Source: a virus (lineage: Duplodnaviria; Caudoviricetes). Taken from it: 55,101 bases of DNA. This document shows, one piece after another, positions 21,084 through 31,879 of this stretch; within the stretch, counting starts at the first letter, position 1, and every line of letters starts with the position of its first letter. The position numbers and the translations under genes are program-made. A model generated the notes under the pieces. The model saw only the letters and a program-made list of their open reading frames with translations, was not told the origin of the DNA and did not search any database. The DNA lies in IMG/VR virus record IMGVR_UViG_3300036770_003769, positions 1 through 55,101 of that record, one strand, 5' to 3'.

Positions 21084-23147
21084 TTATGCTTCGATTGGTG
21101 TCAATTCTACGATAATACTTTGTGGATCGTCGTATTTCATAGTTATGACTTTATTTCTTACGGACTGAAATACAGTCGTTTGTGGTTTAGCATGAATACT
21201 TAATTGTTTGGCGTCATTTAAAATATCAAAGAAGTTAACATTATTTAATACTACTGTTCCTTCTTCATAATTGATGGTGCCGATATTATCGCGCAAAATA
21301 ACTTTTTGTTGATTTTCATCAAAATAATAACTTCTTAACGTACCGCTCTTTCCTTGCACAACAACTTTTGCGCTCGCACCGCGAGCTTCTGGTCCACCAC
21401 CAGAAATTTTAACAGTTGCAGTGGTATATTCAAACCCGCGCTTATCAACATTAATACTGCGAATTGTTCCATTATTAATTACAGCAGTTGCAGTTGCACC
21501 AGTTCCATCGCCAACAATTTCAACTGTTGGTGTTTCAGTATAATTCGTTCCTGGATTTAAAATCTCAATTGAATCAATACCTGAGAATGAGAAAGGAACT
21601 TCTTCAATAAAGCAAGAGCGAAGGGTATCCGTAGAATCGAAAACGGTAAATTCAGGAGAAGAATATAAACGATTATCTGTCGTACCACGAATTAATGGTA
21701 CTCCGAAATCAAGAGTATATGATCTTGCTGAAGCATTCAATAACGGTTTAATTTTCTTTTCAACGAACACATTTAATTCAGTACTCAAAATAGAAGGATC
21801 TGAATCGTCAATTCTTCTTATCAAACGAGAAGAACGGAATGATGCGTTAAACTTATTCAACTCAAGATTGACAAATGATGTGACTGCGGCTTTAATTACG
21901 CTCTCAACTTGAGATGGCGTTTTATTTGTTTTTGCTGGATCATACGTCGACTTGACTGTTAAATTCAAATAATTATAATCCGCATCTCTAAACTCTGGCG
22001 TAATTGTTAAAATACCAATTGGCTTTAACACAGTTTCTTTAATAAATTCTTTTTCAGTTTGTGTAATTTCAAAGCCATCTCTTGGTTTAGCAGAAATATA
22101 GACTCTACCAATTTCTGGTGGATTTTCTTCCTCGCCGCTCCAAACGGTGACTGAATCAAAATATGGATATTTCTTATTGATAATCGCAATGTAATCGTTT
22201 TTAGTTACAGCGCGATTTTGTGACAAATAACCCTTTGGTGCGCTGAAGCGAATACTTTCGATTGATTCAATATCTGCACCAGAAGCGGCAGTTTGAAGTG
22301 TAGTCACTGCGACATTATTAAAACCTTCAACAACATCAATCATTGTAAATGTGTTGGCTCTATTTGCAAGAGGACCATCAGTAATTAAATATGTCACAAC
22401 AACTAGATTTCCATCTTCTAGTTTTTTACCAATAACACCATCACCAAAATAGATTTGATATTTGCCATTATCAACTTCATCAATATAATAAACTGTACTA
22501 TTACTATCAACAGCACTTGCATCTTCCGCCAAAATGTATTTTTGTGTTGTTAGATTGGTTGAAGATTGTTGAACGGTGACTTCAATTGTCGAAGTATCAA
22601 TTCCAATATCAGGTATTTTAAAACGTTGTCTTGGATTGGAAACATTATCTACAACAAACGTATAAACTAATGGCGTACCTTGTTTAATTACAGCATTTGG
22701 ATATGTGAACTTATTATTCGCTTTAGTTATAACTTTATCTTGCAACAAGACAAACGGATAGTTTGTTCCACTGATATTTTCACTTCTAAAACGAGTAAAT
22801 CTTGGAATTAAAATTAGATTTTGAGTATCGCCAGCTGGAGGTGTGATTTCAATATTTACACGAGCAATTGGAGCCACTCTTGAACGTGGGGTATATCCTA
22901 AAAGTTTAGCGTGCGAAACAACAGATTGACGAAGATCGGCAGTATCTAAAAACATCTCATTCGCAATCATATTGGTATAATATGACATGTAGTGAGTATT
23001 GTATGCGAGAATATCTAATAAGATATTTAAACCAGCACCTTCAAAGTCGTAATCTGTAAACTCTTCTCTGGTTTTGAGGTAGTTCTTCAGATTCTCTTTG
23101 ATAGTCTGAAATTCTAATTCCGTTATTTGAATTTTCGATTCTGCCAT
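21084..23147 (-). CDS. gp6: Baseplate wedge subunit gp6
   Basis: ELEFQTIKENLKNYL..FTDYDFEGAGLNILLDILAYNTHY; QNRAVTKNDY. Confidence 0.92.
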   Translation of the reverse strand: MAESKIQITELEFQTIKENLKNYLKTREEFTDYDFEGAGLNILLDILAYNTHYMSYYTNMIANEMFLDTADLRQSVVSHAKLLGYTPRSRVAPIARVNIEITPPAGDTQNLILIPRFTRFRSENISGTNYPFVLLQDKVITKANNKFTYPNAVIKQGTPLVYTFVVDNVSNPRQRFKIPDIGIDTSTIEVTVQQSSTNLTTQKYILAEDASAVDSNSTVYYIDEVDNGKYQIYFGDGVIGKKLEDGNLVVVTYLITDGPLANRANTFTMIDVVEGFNNVAVTTLQTAASGADIESIESIRFSAPKGYLSQNRAVTKNDYIAIINKKYPYFDSVTVWSGEEENPPEIGRVYISAKPRDGFEITQTEKEFIKETVLKPIGILTITPEFRDADYNYLNLTVKSTYDPAKTNKTPSQVESVIKAAVTSFVNLELNKFNASFRSSRLIRRIDDSDPSILSTELNVFVEKKIKPLLNASARSYTLDFGVPLIRGTTDNRLYSSPEFTVFDSTDTLRSCFIEEVPFSFSGIDSIEILNPGTNYTETPTVEIVGDGTGATATAVINNGTIRSINVDKRGFEYTTATVKISGGGPEARGASAKVVVQGKSGTLRSYYFDENQQKVILRDNIGTINYEEGTVVLNNVNFFDILNDAKQLSIHAKPQTTVFQSVRNKVITMKYDDPQSIIVELTPIEA

Positions 23148-23157
23148 TTTAAATAAC

Positions 23158-23553
23158 CTATCTTAATCTTTCTAGAAAAAGGTTTAATGTTACTGGTTCT
23201 ATGCGATTAATTAAGAAAAACTCAATCGTAACATTGTATCCCTGATTATCTTCATCTGCCTGAACATAAACATTGCGCAATTTTACTCGAGGTTCATAAT
23301 TGTTAATCGTAAGTGTGATTTCTTTTTGTAATAACGAGCCAGTTCCTGCATCCATTGGTTCGAACAACAAACGTCTGACATTAGATCCGATAGATGGATT
23401 AAATGGCTTTTCAAAATAGTTTAACAAAATTAGGTTTTTGACCGCCGTTATAATTGCACGATCTCCAACCTTCTTATCAACATCTTTTGTGACTGGATTT
23501 ATACTAAAATTTAAATCTAAATCTTTGTATAATCTTGCTGTGTTTGATGCCAT
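23158..23553 (-). CDS. gp25: Baseplate wedge subunit gp25
   Basis: YKDLDLNF..NPVT.D, EKPFNPSIGS, INNYEPRV. Confidence 0.92.
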   Translation of the reverse strand: MASNTARLYKDLDLNFSINPVTKDVDKKVGDRAIITAVKNLILLNYFEKPFNPSIGSNVRRLLFEPMDAGTGSLLQKEITLTINNYEPRVKLRNVYVQADEDNQGYNVTIEFFLINRIEPVTLNLFLERLR

Positions 23554-23578
23554 TTTTGTGTCTGAATAGTAATAGGAT

Positions 23579-23585
23579 TATTTAT
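23579..23585 (-). promoter_or_regulatory. T4-type late promoter (ATAAATA)
   Basis: ATAAATA upstream of gp25. Confidence 0.55.
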
Positions 23586-23589
23586 TAGG

Positions 23590-26448
23590 TTACGCCAAGC
23601 GATGGTAGCCTTGTTTGTACAATCTATGATTGTTGAACGTTGCGTTTTTAGTCACAGTTGTGCCAGCTGGGCGATTTCCAGATTTATTGTATGATATGTG
23701 AATCCATGGTAATCCGCTACCTGTTGTCTTATATTCAAGCAATAATTGATCGTGCGGTACGTTATCGCGGATCCAGAGGACAATATCGTAGTATTCTGAT
23801 TTGCTCAATCCTGGGAACTGCATATCAGCGGCTTGTCCAACCTCGTGCTGCGAACGTCCCGCCGAAGAACCCTGTGGCTTACGGAAAGCGTTCGTAACGA
23901 TCATATTTGAATATTTTTCTTTAATTGGGTCTAGGCAATTAACCGCAAGCAGCTTAAGATTACAGACGATATCGGCTTTCGTTAACCCACGTTGTGGAAT
24001 AACAGGCTGCTTCTCTACAATGGCATTTGATGAGAGTTTACCCAAACTCCAGTACTTGGATAGCATCATATTCGGATCAAATTCTTCCTGATCTGATGGT
24101 ATGCCGCAATCATTTACCTTACCGCTAGGAGCCTTTGGTGGCTCTGTATTTGATTCGTTTGTGGCAATTTCCTTTAGTTCAGATGGGTCGTAAACGCCAT
24201 TATCAATTTGTTTCTTAATCCATTCATCTGCGCCCTTCTCGCCCGCATCAAAGAAGAATCCTGCCCGATCGGCTGGAGTTGGTTCAATGAAGCCAGCAGA
24301 TGGGTTACCACATTTACCACCTGCACTCAATACGCCAGAAACAAGCGAAGAACCATCCTTCAATCCACTCAATGCTCCAGAAAGCGGTCCCAATTGCCCC
24401 TCAAAGTTTGAGAATTTGGTTATATCAGCGGTCGCAGTTAATCCTTTCGTTATGTCTTTAATTGCGCCAACGTCAGCTGCTGCACCAGATAGAGAAGATG
24501 TGAGCGAACCAATTTCACCCATGTTCTTTTCTAGATTCTTAAATCCATCAGTAACTGCGCTTAGTTGTTTATTTGCACTCAGTTCGTTTGCAATACTTGA
24601 AATGTCTTTGATTTGATTATTCAAACCACCAAGATTTTCACTAAACGAACTCAATCCTTTAATGCCATCTTTAAATCCACCAACGTTACCCAAGTCTGTA
24701 GGTAATGAATTAATTTTTTGTGAAAGTTCTAATACTTTGCCAGTTACTTCCGAACCAGCCAAGGTTTGAATATCTTTACTTGCGCCTTGCAAGTCATTAA
24801 AATTATCTACAATACCATTAATCTTAGATAGATTTGGAATCTTAGCAGTTACTTCTGGAATGTCGATAAGTTTATTAACATCACTGACGAATTTGTTTAG
24901 ATCTGGGATTTTTGTCAACTCTTTCGTCGCGTCCGAGATTTGTTTCAATTGACCTGCTGCATCTTTAATGTTTTTAATTCCATCAATATTTTTCGAGACG
25001 TCTTTAATCTGATCCAACTGACCTTTGATTTGATCTAGATTGAAATCGGCACCCAGTTTATCTTTAATGGTGTCTGTGATTGAAGTGAGTTTTGAAACCT
25101 CACCTAGTTTTTCAGAAAGTGCAGTTACGTCGCCGAGTTTGGCGCTAATGTCGCCAATGTTACCCAAACTTGATGTTAGTGATTCAAGATTCTCGAGACC
25201 TGGAAGTTTAGTCAACATATCCATTCCAGGAATATTTGCAAGGTTTGTTAATCCACCCAACGCTCCCGTCAATTGAGAGGCTGCTGCAGCAGCGGCACCA
25301 CTAGCGGCTCCTGCAGCACCTGCCGCAGCACCAGCAGCACCACCAGCGGCATCCGCGCCTGCAGCTGCACCACCACCGCCGCCACCTCCCCCACCAGCAG
25401 TTGGTGATGGTAAGAAATCATTTGAAACTGCAAGACCACTCTTACCGATAATTACTGCAGGGGCATCAATATCTAATAAAAATCCACCAGTAACTCGAGT
25501 GGCAGCAAGAGACGATACCGAAACTTGACTGCCGCTGATTTTGACGGAGCCTAATGCATTTAAATTAATATCTTTTGTAGCATTTAAATCAATCGTACAA
25601 TCAGATTGTATCTTAGCGTCGCCTTTGACTTTGATGTTTGCTGCACCATCAACAGTGATATTGCATTGACCCATGACATAAATGTTATCATCACCCATAA
25701 TAACTTGATAATTGTTCTTTACAACCTTCTCAACTTTCGATCCAGAAGGATACATTTCATAAAATGTTCCTGTTCTGTGAGCGACGTGTATACGTTCCCA
25801 TTCAGGCGTATCGTCAACTTCAAACACATGACCTGATTCAGTTTCTTGAGCGTTGTTATATGGGTATGATGCATTGTATGCTGGGCTTGGTTCTTTCCAA
25901 GAGCCACCACCTGCAATTGGAACCTCTACTAGATTCTTTTTACGATCTTTAATTAGAGTTTGTCCAATATCTTCATTTCTTGTAAAACGACTTGAAGATG
26001 GTTCACCTGGTCGTTCTGGATTTTTCTTCGGATCTTCATTTTGAATTTCAACGCCAGTGCCATCTTTTTTATATGTTCGCGATTTAACTTTTCTTGGGAC
26101 TTTTGTCAAATCAGAACGTTGGTCAGAAAATCCTCTAGAAAAATCAGTTTCACTATTATTGATTCCAGGTAAAATACCCATAACAACTGGATGTTGAGCA
26201 TACTCACCGTCCATAAAGAAGCCGCAAACAAACTCACCCTCTTTTGGAGCAAAATGTGCATCACGATTTACAGGCAACATAATAGTTGCCCATGGCAATT
26301 TCGTTGTTGGGATTTCTTGGAGATCTTCGGAATGCCAGCCAAAGCAACGAACTTTGACGCGACCAAGCATTGCTGGATCGTTGCGATCTTCGACAACGCC
26401 GACCCACCAAACAAACCCATTTAAACCCATGTAATCTTTTGACATCAT
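23590..26448 (-). CDS. gp5: Baseplate central spike gp5 with C-terminal peptidase M15-like domain
   Basis: N-terminal WWVGVVEDRNDP..LGRVKVRC OB-fold; YPYN..ETESGHVFEVDDTP..ERIH..HRTGT; beta-helix repeats; C-terminal SQHEVGQAAD...WIHISY Zn motif. Confidence 0.88.
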   Translation of the reverse strand: MMSKDYMGLNGFVWWVGVVEDRNDPAMLGRVKVRCFGWHSEDLQEIPTTKLPWATIMLPVNRDAHFAPKEGEFVCGFFMDGEYAQHPVVMGILPGINNSETDFSRGFSDQRSDLTKVPRKVKSRTYKKDGTGVEIQNEDPKKNPERPGEPSSSRFTRNEDIGQTLIKDRKKNLVEVPIAGGGSWKEPSPAYNASYPYNNAQETESGHVFEVDDTPEWERIHVAHRTGTFYEMYPSGSKVEKVVKNNYQVIMGDDNIYVMGQCNITVDGAANIKVKGDAKIQSDCTIDLNATKDINLNALGSVKISGSQVSVSSLAATRVTGGFLLDIDAPAVIIGKSGLAVSNDFLPSPTAGGGGGGGGGAAAGADAAGGAAGAAAGAAGAASGAAAAAASQLTGALGGLTNLANIPGMDMLTKLPGLENLESLTSSLGNIGDISAKLGDVTALSEKLGEVSKLTSITDTIKDKLGADFNLDQIKGQLDQIKDVSKNIDGIKNIKDAAGQLKQISDATKELTKIPDLNKFVSDVNKLIDIPEVTAKIPNLSKINGIVDNFNDLQGASKDIQTLAGSEVTGKVLELSQKINSLPTDLGNVGGFKDGIKGLSSFSENLGGLNNQIKDISSIANELSANKQLSAVTDGFKNLEKNMGEIGSLTSSLSGAAADVGAIKDITKGLTATADITKFSNFEGQLGPLSGALSGLKDGSSLVSGVLSAGGKCGNPSAGFIEPTPADRAGFFFDAGEKGADEWIKKQIDNGVYDPSELKEIATNESNTEPPKAPSGKVNDCGIPSDQEEFDPNMMLSKYWSLGKLSSNAIVEKQPVIPQRGLTKADIVCNLKLLAVNCLDPIKEKYSNMIVTNAFRKPQGSSAGRSQHEVGQAADMQFPGLSKSEYYDIVLWIRDNVPHDQLLLEYKTTGSGLPWIHISYNKSGNRPAGTTVTKNATFNNHRLYKQGYHRLA

Positions 26449-27746
26449 TACTTTTTAGCCTTCAGTAGCAAAGCGCCATTAGAAGCGTCACTCAATGTTC
26501 CTTCTACAGCATCCTTAACAACTTCGAGATAAGTGGTATGGGCTGCTGGAGTAACTGTATGACGCACTCCTATCACGAGCATTTTACCAGAATAAAATTC
26601 ATCTAATTTCTGGTCTCCAGTTATAGACTGAGCGAATTTCGGCAAATTGATGAAGATAATATCGCCGACTTTAATGAAAGGATCGCCAGGTATCGTAACT
26701 GTCGCTCTAAAATTATGCAACAAAGAGTGTTCCATACTTCTGAAGATAAACTGCTCTGAGTTGTTTGGAAAATCGTCCAAATCCAAATTAGCAGTCGTTG
26801 AAACGGAATACTTCTCGAAAGATTGGAACGTTGTAAGTAGAGAATCGCCTTTTCTATTCGTCAAATTGTTGACAGGAAATCCTTTACCGAGAGCAGGATA
26901 ACTATGTCTGTTTGTGATGTTTAAATCGTTTTCAGTATATGTGCGACGAACGACATTAAGGTTTTTCATTCTACCTGCAAATCCGCCAGTAGACATCGTT
27001 GTGAGCGTATCGTAGTTTTGATTAATAATAATTTCATTAATGCTACTTGCACTGACTTCTGGTCTTGGTGCATCTAAAACTTTAGGTGTTAAAGAATAGG
27101 TTTTATAAACCTGGCTATTTAAAATACTTTCTAATGATCTAAAGTTATATCCATCGCGATTTTCGTAGAAAAAATAAAACGAACCATTTTTATTTGTTGC
27201 GCGAGAAGCAAAATATTGAATTGCTTGGAACGGATGCATATATGGTATTACAACATTTGTTTCGCCGAAAGCAGGTTCGAAGTTTGTTAATTTGAGTTTA
27301 CGAACATTAACATTTAAATCATTACGCAATATTGATAAAACTGATGCATCAGCAGGACCAGTAAATGCGCGACTAATCTTATATTGATTAGAAACAAACT
27401 GATCTTCTGTCACAAAATGCATGACAAATGCAGTTGAGTTTTTATTCTTTACGACTTTATTTGATATTTTATAAACGCGAAAAAACTCTTCAATTGGTTC
27501 GCCAAGGGAAGGTTTATCTAAAATGATATGTAAAAATTCACCACCATGAATATCCATGGTGCTACTCATGTCGTTAGAATCTGTAACAAAAATATGCCCA
27601 GACAATGCGCTAGTATAGATGTCTTCAAAAATAGACAATTCACTAAATGAAGTGTATAGATTATAGATGGCGCCTGTCGACGAGATTAACTCGAGCGCCT
27701 TTATCTCAAAGTCACCAAATCTTAAAATACCAGGACCGTCAGCCAT
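26448..27746 (-). CDS. Putative baseplate hub protein (gp27-like)
   Basis: SIFEDI..LSG, FFYENRDGYNFRSLE, TIPGD...SGKMLV..VRH; position between gp53 and gp5. Confidence 0.65.
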   Translation of the reverse strand: MADGPGILRFGDFEIKALELISSTGAIYNLYTSFSELSIFEDIYTSALSGHIFVTDSNDMSSTMDIHGGEFLHIILDKPSLGEPIEEFFRVYKISNKVVKNKNSTAFVMHFVTEDQFVSNQYKISRAFTGPADASVLSILRNDLNVNVRKLKLTNFEPAFGETNVVIPYMHPFQAIQYFASRATNKNGSFYFFYENRDGYNFRSLESILNSQVYKTYSLTPKVLDAPRPEVSASSINEIIINQNYDTLTTMSTGGFAGRMKNLNVVRRTYTENDLNITNRHSYPALGKGFPVNNLTNRKGDSLLTTFQSFEKYSVSTTANLDLDDFPNNSEQFIFRSMEHSLLHNFRATVTIPGDPFIKVGDIIFINLPKFAQSITGDQKLDEFYSGKMLVIGVRHTVTPAAHTTYLEVVKDAVEGTLSDASNGALLLKAKK

Positions 27747-27747
27747 A

Positions 27748-28410
27748 TTATCTTAATAATTCCTTTAATTCATTTTCAATTTGTGACGCATACTCAGGAT
27801 TGAGTATGTTAATTATTCGTTTCTTTTCGTTTTCTAAAAACTCATAATCGTAATTAGAAACGGCAATGTAGGTTTCAGTTCCTGTTATAGTAGAGCCATC
27901 AGACAATGTGTATGTGTATGGAACGACTATTGGCGCACTATTTACTGTCGGTAAAGTTTCGAATCTATCGGCTAATGAATTTGTTGAAAAGTTATAATCT
28001 TTGTCTGTGACTGTAAACTTGCGCTCATTGATTCGACCATCAACACTATTATACTCTTCAATTGTGACTTCATAGTGATGGAGTTCAGTTTTAGCGTCTT
28101 CAATAGAACCATATTTTGAAATGATATAATTTTCGAGTTCTTTGCTATGCAAGACCCAATCATATTTCGGATCAATAATTGAATTAGCGTATAAAATAAT
28201 CCAATGCTTTTGCACATCACCATAAAAATTATATGCAACGATTTCTGGGGTCTCACCTTCTTTGATTTCGTATTTGTAGTACAGTAATGAATTGTCAAGA
28301 ACTTCTCGAAGAATCTTGACTCTTGACATCACATTTGTAACTAATGAGTAATCAGCGTTTGCTGTATCAAACGAATAGAAAATTTGTGGGAAGTAAGTAA
28401 AATATGCCAT
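27748..28410 (-). CDS. gp53: Baseplate wedge subunit gp53
   Basis: YFTYFP, YEIKEGETPEIVAYNFYG..HWIIL.N, NE.KR.I.IL. Confidence 0.9.
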   Translation of the reverse strand: MAYFTYFPQIFYSFDTANADYSLVTNVMSRVKILREVLDNSLLYYKYEIKEGETPEIVAYNFYGDVQKHWIILYANSIIDPKYDWVLHSKELENYIISKYGSIEDAKTELHHYEVTIEEYNSVDGRINERKFTVTDKDYNFSTNSLADRFETLPTVNSAPIVVPYTYTLSDGSTITGTETYIAVSNYDYEFLENEKKRIINILNPEYASQIENELKELLR

Positions 28411-29693
28411 CAGTATCCTTCTTGAATCTTATTCTTCGTAATGAGTTCAACTTCAGTAAAATCTAAACGCATACGAGTTTCAATTGGAACGCCATCGGCA
28501 AATGTTTGCCATTGACCGCCTGGAGCATAATCGACGTCGACGCGATTCAATACACATCTACCAATTTTAGGTAGGAATTTATTCTGAATTGAGCCATGAC
28601 GGAGTTCAATTCCAAATTCAGATGGTGGAACGAAGAACATTGGCATACTAGTTCCACCTGGGAAAATTGAACCGTCGCCTACTTTTTCAGAAATAGGATT
28701 TGTTTCGGCAGCAGCATGGAATTTAAATGTTTCAATAATCTCACGAACTCGTTCTGCTTCCTTTTGACTTTTTGGCTGAAACATAAATTCGAATTGGAAG
28801 TTTCTGAAATTAGTACCACGATAGATAACTTCAAGCATTGGGTTTTGTGCATAACCCATATTGAAAAGGCTCAGGTCTGCAAAGTTGCTACCAACTAGAG
28901 GACCGCCCAAAATAGGAACCTGACTCGTTGAGCCGAGCGCTCCTGCAGCAAGAGCAGTATATGGGTTTGCTGCGCCTGGTAATGATTTAATAGCCTCTAG
29001 AAATTTAGCAGGATCATTAGCGATACTCGAAAGATCGGGCATACCACCCGTTGATGAATATGCGCCAGCCAACATACCAAGCATGCCGCCAGCTTCCTTT
29101 ACGCTGATTTGATCATAATCGTGACCATAAGTCGTGAAGAAGTTAGCAGGCATATACATGGAGATCATTTTACTGATCTTCTGTGCCGTTCTTTCCAACT
29201 TCAATCCAGTAACTTTAGTTTGTTCTTGAATGAATTCTGTTGCAATTGCACCTTTAATACTCGATTGTGTTTTAGAATTCGTAAACACGGAAGAAACTGC
29301 ACCCCCGACAGCACCAGCTGCACCTGCAGCAACTTTAGCGACGGTTCCAAGGAAACCCCCACCGCGAACAAGGTTTCCTGCGGTTGCGCCACCAAGAGCA
29401 GCGTCTTTACCTACCTGAAATGCACCTTGGAGAGTGAATCCAGTTTGGGCTAAACTTGTAGCATCCCCAAACGATCCAATTCCATCATAATTACTCAAAC
29501 CGCTAGTCCCACCAGGTATTTTAGCAATGGTTTTATTAAAAGAACTTTTTTGGGGTAAATAAATAGTAAAATCGATAGCATGAGGATAATTTTCTTCTAA
29601 ATCCAGTGGATATGCTACTCGTATATTTTGTCCATCATTTCGCAATTTATTGCGATCTGCGACCTGAGAGTCGGACGTAGTTATTTCTGCCAT
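28410..29693 (-). CDS. gp48: Baseplate tail-tube cap gp48
   Basis: NPMLEVIYRGTNFRNFQFEFMF.PKS..EA, CVL..VDVDYAP, LDFTEVE.ITK. Confidence 0.85.
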   Translation of the reverse strand: MAEITTSDSQVADRNKLRNDGQNIRVAYPLDLEENYPHAIDFTIYLPQKSSFNKTIAKIPGGTSGLSNYDGIGSFGDATSLAQTGFTLQGAFQVGKDAALGGATAGNLVRGGGFLGTVAKVAAGAAGAVGGAVSSVFTNSKTQSSIKGAIATEFIQEQTKVTGLKLERTAQKISKMISMYMPANFFTTYGHDYDQISVKEAGGMLGMLAGAYSSTGGMPDLSSIANDPAKFLEAIKSLPGAANPYTALAAGALGSTSQVPILGGPLVGSNFADLSLFNMGYAQNPMLEVIYRGTNFRNFQFEFMFQPKSQKEAERVREIIETFKFHAAAETNPISEKVGDGSIFPGGTSMPMFFVPPSEFGIELRHGSIQNKFLPKIGRCVLNRVDVDYAPGGQWQTFADGVPIETRMRLDFTEVELITKNKIQEGY

Positions 29694-29712
29694 TTGAGTT
29701 CTACTATTAAGA

Positions 29713-30153
29713 ATGAAGTATTTTCAAGGATATTTTAAACCTAAAAATCCTAGCAAATATTTAGGTGACTCGCAAAACATAATTTACAGGTCTAGTTACG
29801 AGTATCGTGTAATGACCTACTTTGATACCAACCCCAACATCCTTAAATGGGGCAGCGAAGAGTTTCATATCCCATACTTTTCTCCAGTAGATCGTTCTTG
29901 GCACCGATATTTCCCAGATTTCATCATCAAAGCGAAGGGTAAAGACGGGAACACAAAAACTATTGTAATTGAAGTGAAACCTTCAAGCCAGACCGTTCCC
30001 CCTAAAGTTGGACAAAAACCGACTCGAAGGTACATTAATGAAATTGTTACTTGGGGTGTGAATGAAGCCAAGTGGAAAGCCGCGCAGGAATACTGTTTAG
30101 ATCGCGGTTGGAGTTTCCAGATCATCACAGAAAAGGATTTAAACATTAAATAA
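29713..30153 (+). CDS. gp4: Head completion nuclease gp4
   Basis: FKPKNPSKYLGD...YRSSYE, WGSEE, HRYFPDF, IEVKP, NEAKWKAA. Confidence 0.92.
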   Translation: MKYFQGYFKPKNPSKYLGDSQNIIYRSSYEYRVMTYFDTNPNILKWGSEEFHIPYFSPVDRSWHRYFPDFIIKAKGKDGNTKTIVIEVKPSSQTVPPKVGQKPTRRYINEIVTWGVNEAKWKAAQEYCLDRGWSFQIITEKDLNIK

Positions 30154-30156
30154 ATA
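30150..30156 (+). promoter_or_regulatory. T4-type late promoter (ATAAATA) 5 nt before the gp2 ATG
   Basis: ATAAATAttcccATG. Confidence 0.55.
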
Positions 30157-30161
30157 TTCCC

Positions 30162-30743
30162 ATGGCTAATGTATTAGATAGACTCAGCGCTCAAATGAAT
30201 CAGGCTGGCGTTGCTCAACGCACGGCGCAAGCGCGCACATGGCTAAAAAACAAAATATCGGAATTGCGATCAGTTCGTCGTAATACAATCATTCAAGATA
30301 AAAGTAGAGCCGCGACGGGATTCTATCCAGGTCGCATGTACTTCTACTTTTATGATCCAAAAATGAAGAAAACTTTACCTTATTATGACAGGTTTCCATT
30401 AGTGATTCCTGTCGAGAAATATAAAGATGGGTTTCTCGGGTTAAATCTGCATTATCTACCAGTAAAGTATCGTTTAATATTGTTAGATAAATTATATGAA
30501 ACTTTAAATAATGAACGTTATGATGACACAACTAAAATGCAACTATCCTACGATTTACTCGCAGGTGCTGCTCGATATGAAGAATTTAAACCTTGCTTAA
30601 AACGTTATCTAACGTCACACATAGCGTCAGGTTTAATTGAGATTGAACCGTCCAATTGGGAAATAGCACTGTTCCTACCTGTTGAAATGTTTGTCGGTGC
30701 CACGAAAGAACAAGTTCACCGCGAATCGCTGGAGATGATCTAA
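30162..30743 (+). CDS. gp2: DNA end protector gp2
   Basis: GRMYFYFYDPK.K.TLPYYDRFPLVI, GLNLHYLP, PCLKRYL. Confidence 0.92.
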   Translation: MANVLDRLSAQMNQAGVAQRTAQARTWLKNKISELRSVRRNTIIQDKSRAATGFYPGRMYFYFYDPKMKKTLPYYDRFPLVIPVEKYKDGFLGLNLHYLPVKYRLILLDKLYETLNNERYDDTTKMQLSYDLLAGAARYEEFKPCLKRYLTSHIASGLIEIEPSNWEIALFLPVEMFVGATKEQVHRESLEMI

Positions 30744-31865
30744 ATGGCATTCACAATACCAGGTTTTGAACCGAAACAACCGCCACAACAAACCACGCCT
30801 CCTGCGCAACAGATTCCTCCGCCACCAGCGGATAACAGTCGCACGACTCTAGGTTTGGATAGTAGCGTTGTTCGAAATATTTTTTCCATTGACAACTTCA
30901 GAGCGAAAATTAATTCGTTTGGTGGGTTGCAGAAAACAAACCGATTTTATGTTGAAATTTTCAGCCCACGTTGGACTAACGATGTGATGGATCGTATGAA
31001 GTTTCTTTGCGAAGCCGCAGAGTTGCCTGGTAAAACGATTATGACCAACGATGCTAAAATCTATGGTCCTGCTTATAAAGTTGCGACAGGAACTGTGTTT
31101 AATGAAATTACATTAACGTTCCTTTGCACGAACGATATGAGAGAAAAAACTCAATTTGAACTTTGGATGAACTGTGTTCAAGATCCAAAAACGTTCAATA
31201 TGCAATATCGCGATTCATACGTCGGAACTGTCTCTGTCATCGCTTTAAGTGAGACGCCAGAAATTCAAGATCCAAAGGCGGCTGCAGCGGCTCAGGCAAA
31301 CAATCCAATGTCGCTAATTGATAAGATACCATCAAACGTTATTGATTTGACGGTTGATGCATTTAGAGCAATTAAACGCAGAGTTGATGGTGGAGCGTCA
31401 GAAAATCCTGCCGCACAAAGTAGCCCAGAAGTTCCAACTCCAAAAGTATATTGGGTTAAGTTGATTGATGCATTTCCAGTTGCAATTGCTCCAGTGCCAT
31501 TAAGTTGGTCTGACGATGGCTTTATGAGAATTCAAGTCACCTTTGCCTATCACCGTTGGGAAAGTATTTCAGAAACGATTGCTAAAATGGAAGAAGTTGT
31601 GGTACAAGGAAGCAGACTTTCAAATCCAATTAAGTTAGCACAAAAACTTTCTTCGTTAGTTAATAGCGCGAACAAAGAGAATTTGAAAAATATGGCAATT
31701 GGTCGTTTAGAGAATACAATACTAAATTCATTCAACGACACTGACGGAACGTTGAGGCAAATTTCAACTAGCGGAGAAAAATCAATAAACAATGCATTGA
31801 ATAACATCTCCGAAAAAGTTGGATTCAAGTTGAATAAAATATCATTTAATTCTGGTAGAAGATAG
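30744..31865 (+). CDS. gp54: Baseplate tail-tube initiator gp54 / gp19-like fold
   Basis: NRFYVEI, LCEAAELPGK, LIDAFPVAI..LSW, VTFAYHRW. Confidence 0.7.
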   Translation: MAFTIPGFEPKQPPQQTTPPAQQIPPPPADNSRTTLGLDSSVVRNIFSIDNFRAKINSFGGLQKTNRFYVEIFSPRWTNDVMDRMKFLCEAAELPGKTIMTNDAKIYGPAYKVATGTVFNEITLTFLCTNDMREKTQFELWMNCVQDPKTFNMQYRDSYVGTVSVIALSETPEIQDPKAAAAAQANNPMSLIDKIPSNVIDLTVDAFRAIKRRVDGGASENPAAQSSPEVPTPKVYWVKLIDAFPVAIAPVPLSWSDDGFMRIQVTFAYHRWESISETIAKMEEVVVQGSRLSNPIKLAQKLSSLVNSANKENLKNMAIGRLENTILNSFNDTDGTLRQISTSGEKSINNALNNISEKVGFKLNKISFNSGRR

Positions 31866-31879
31866 CAAGTGGAGTAATT

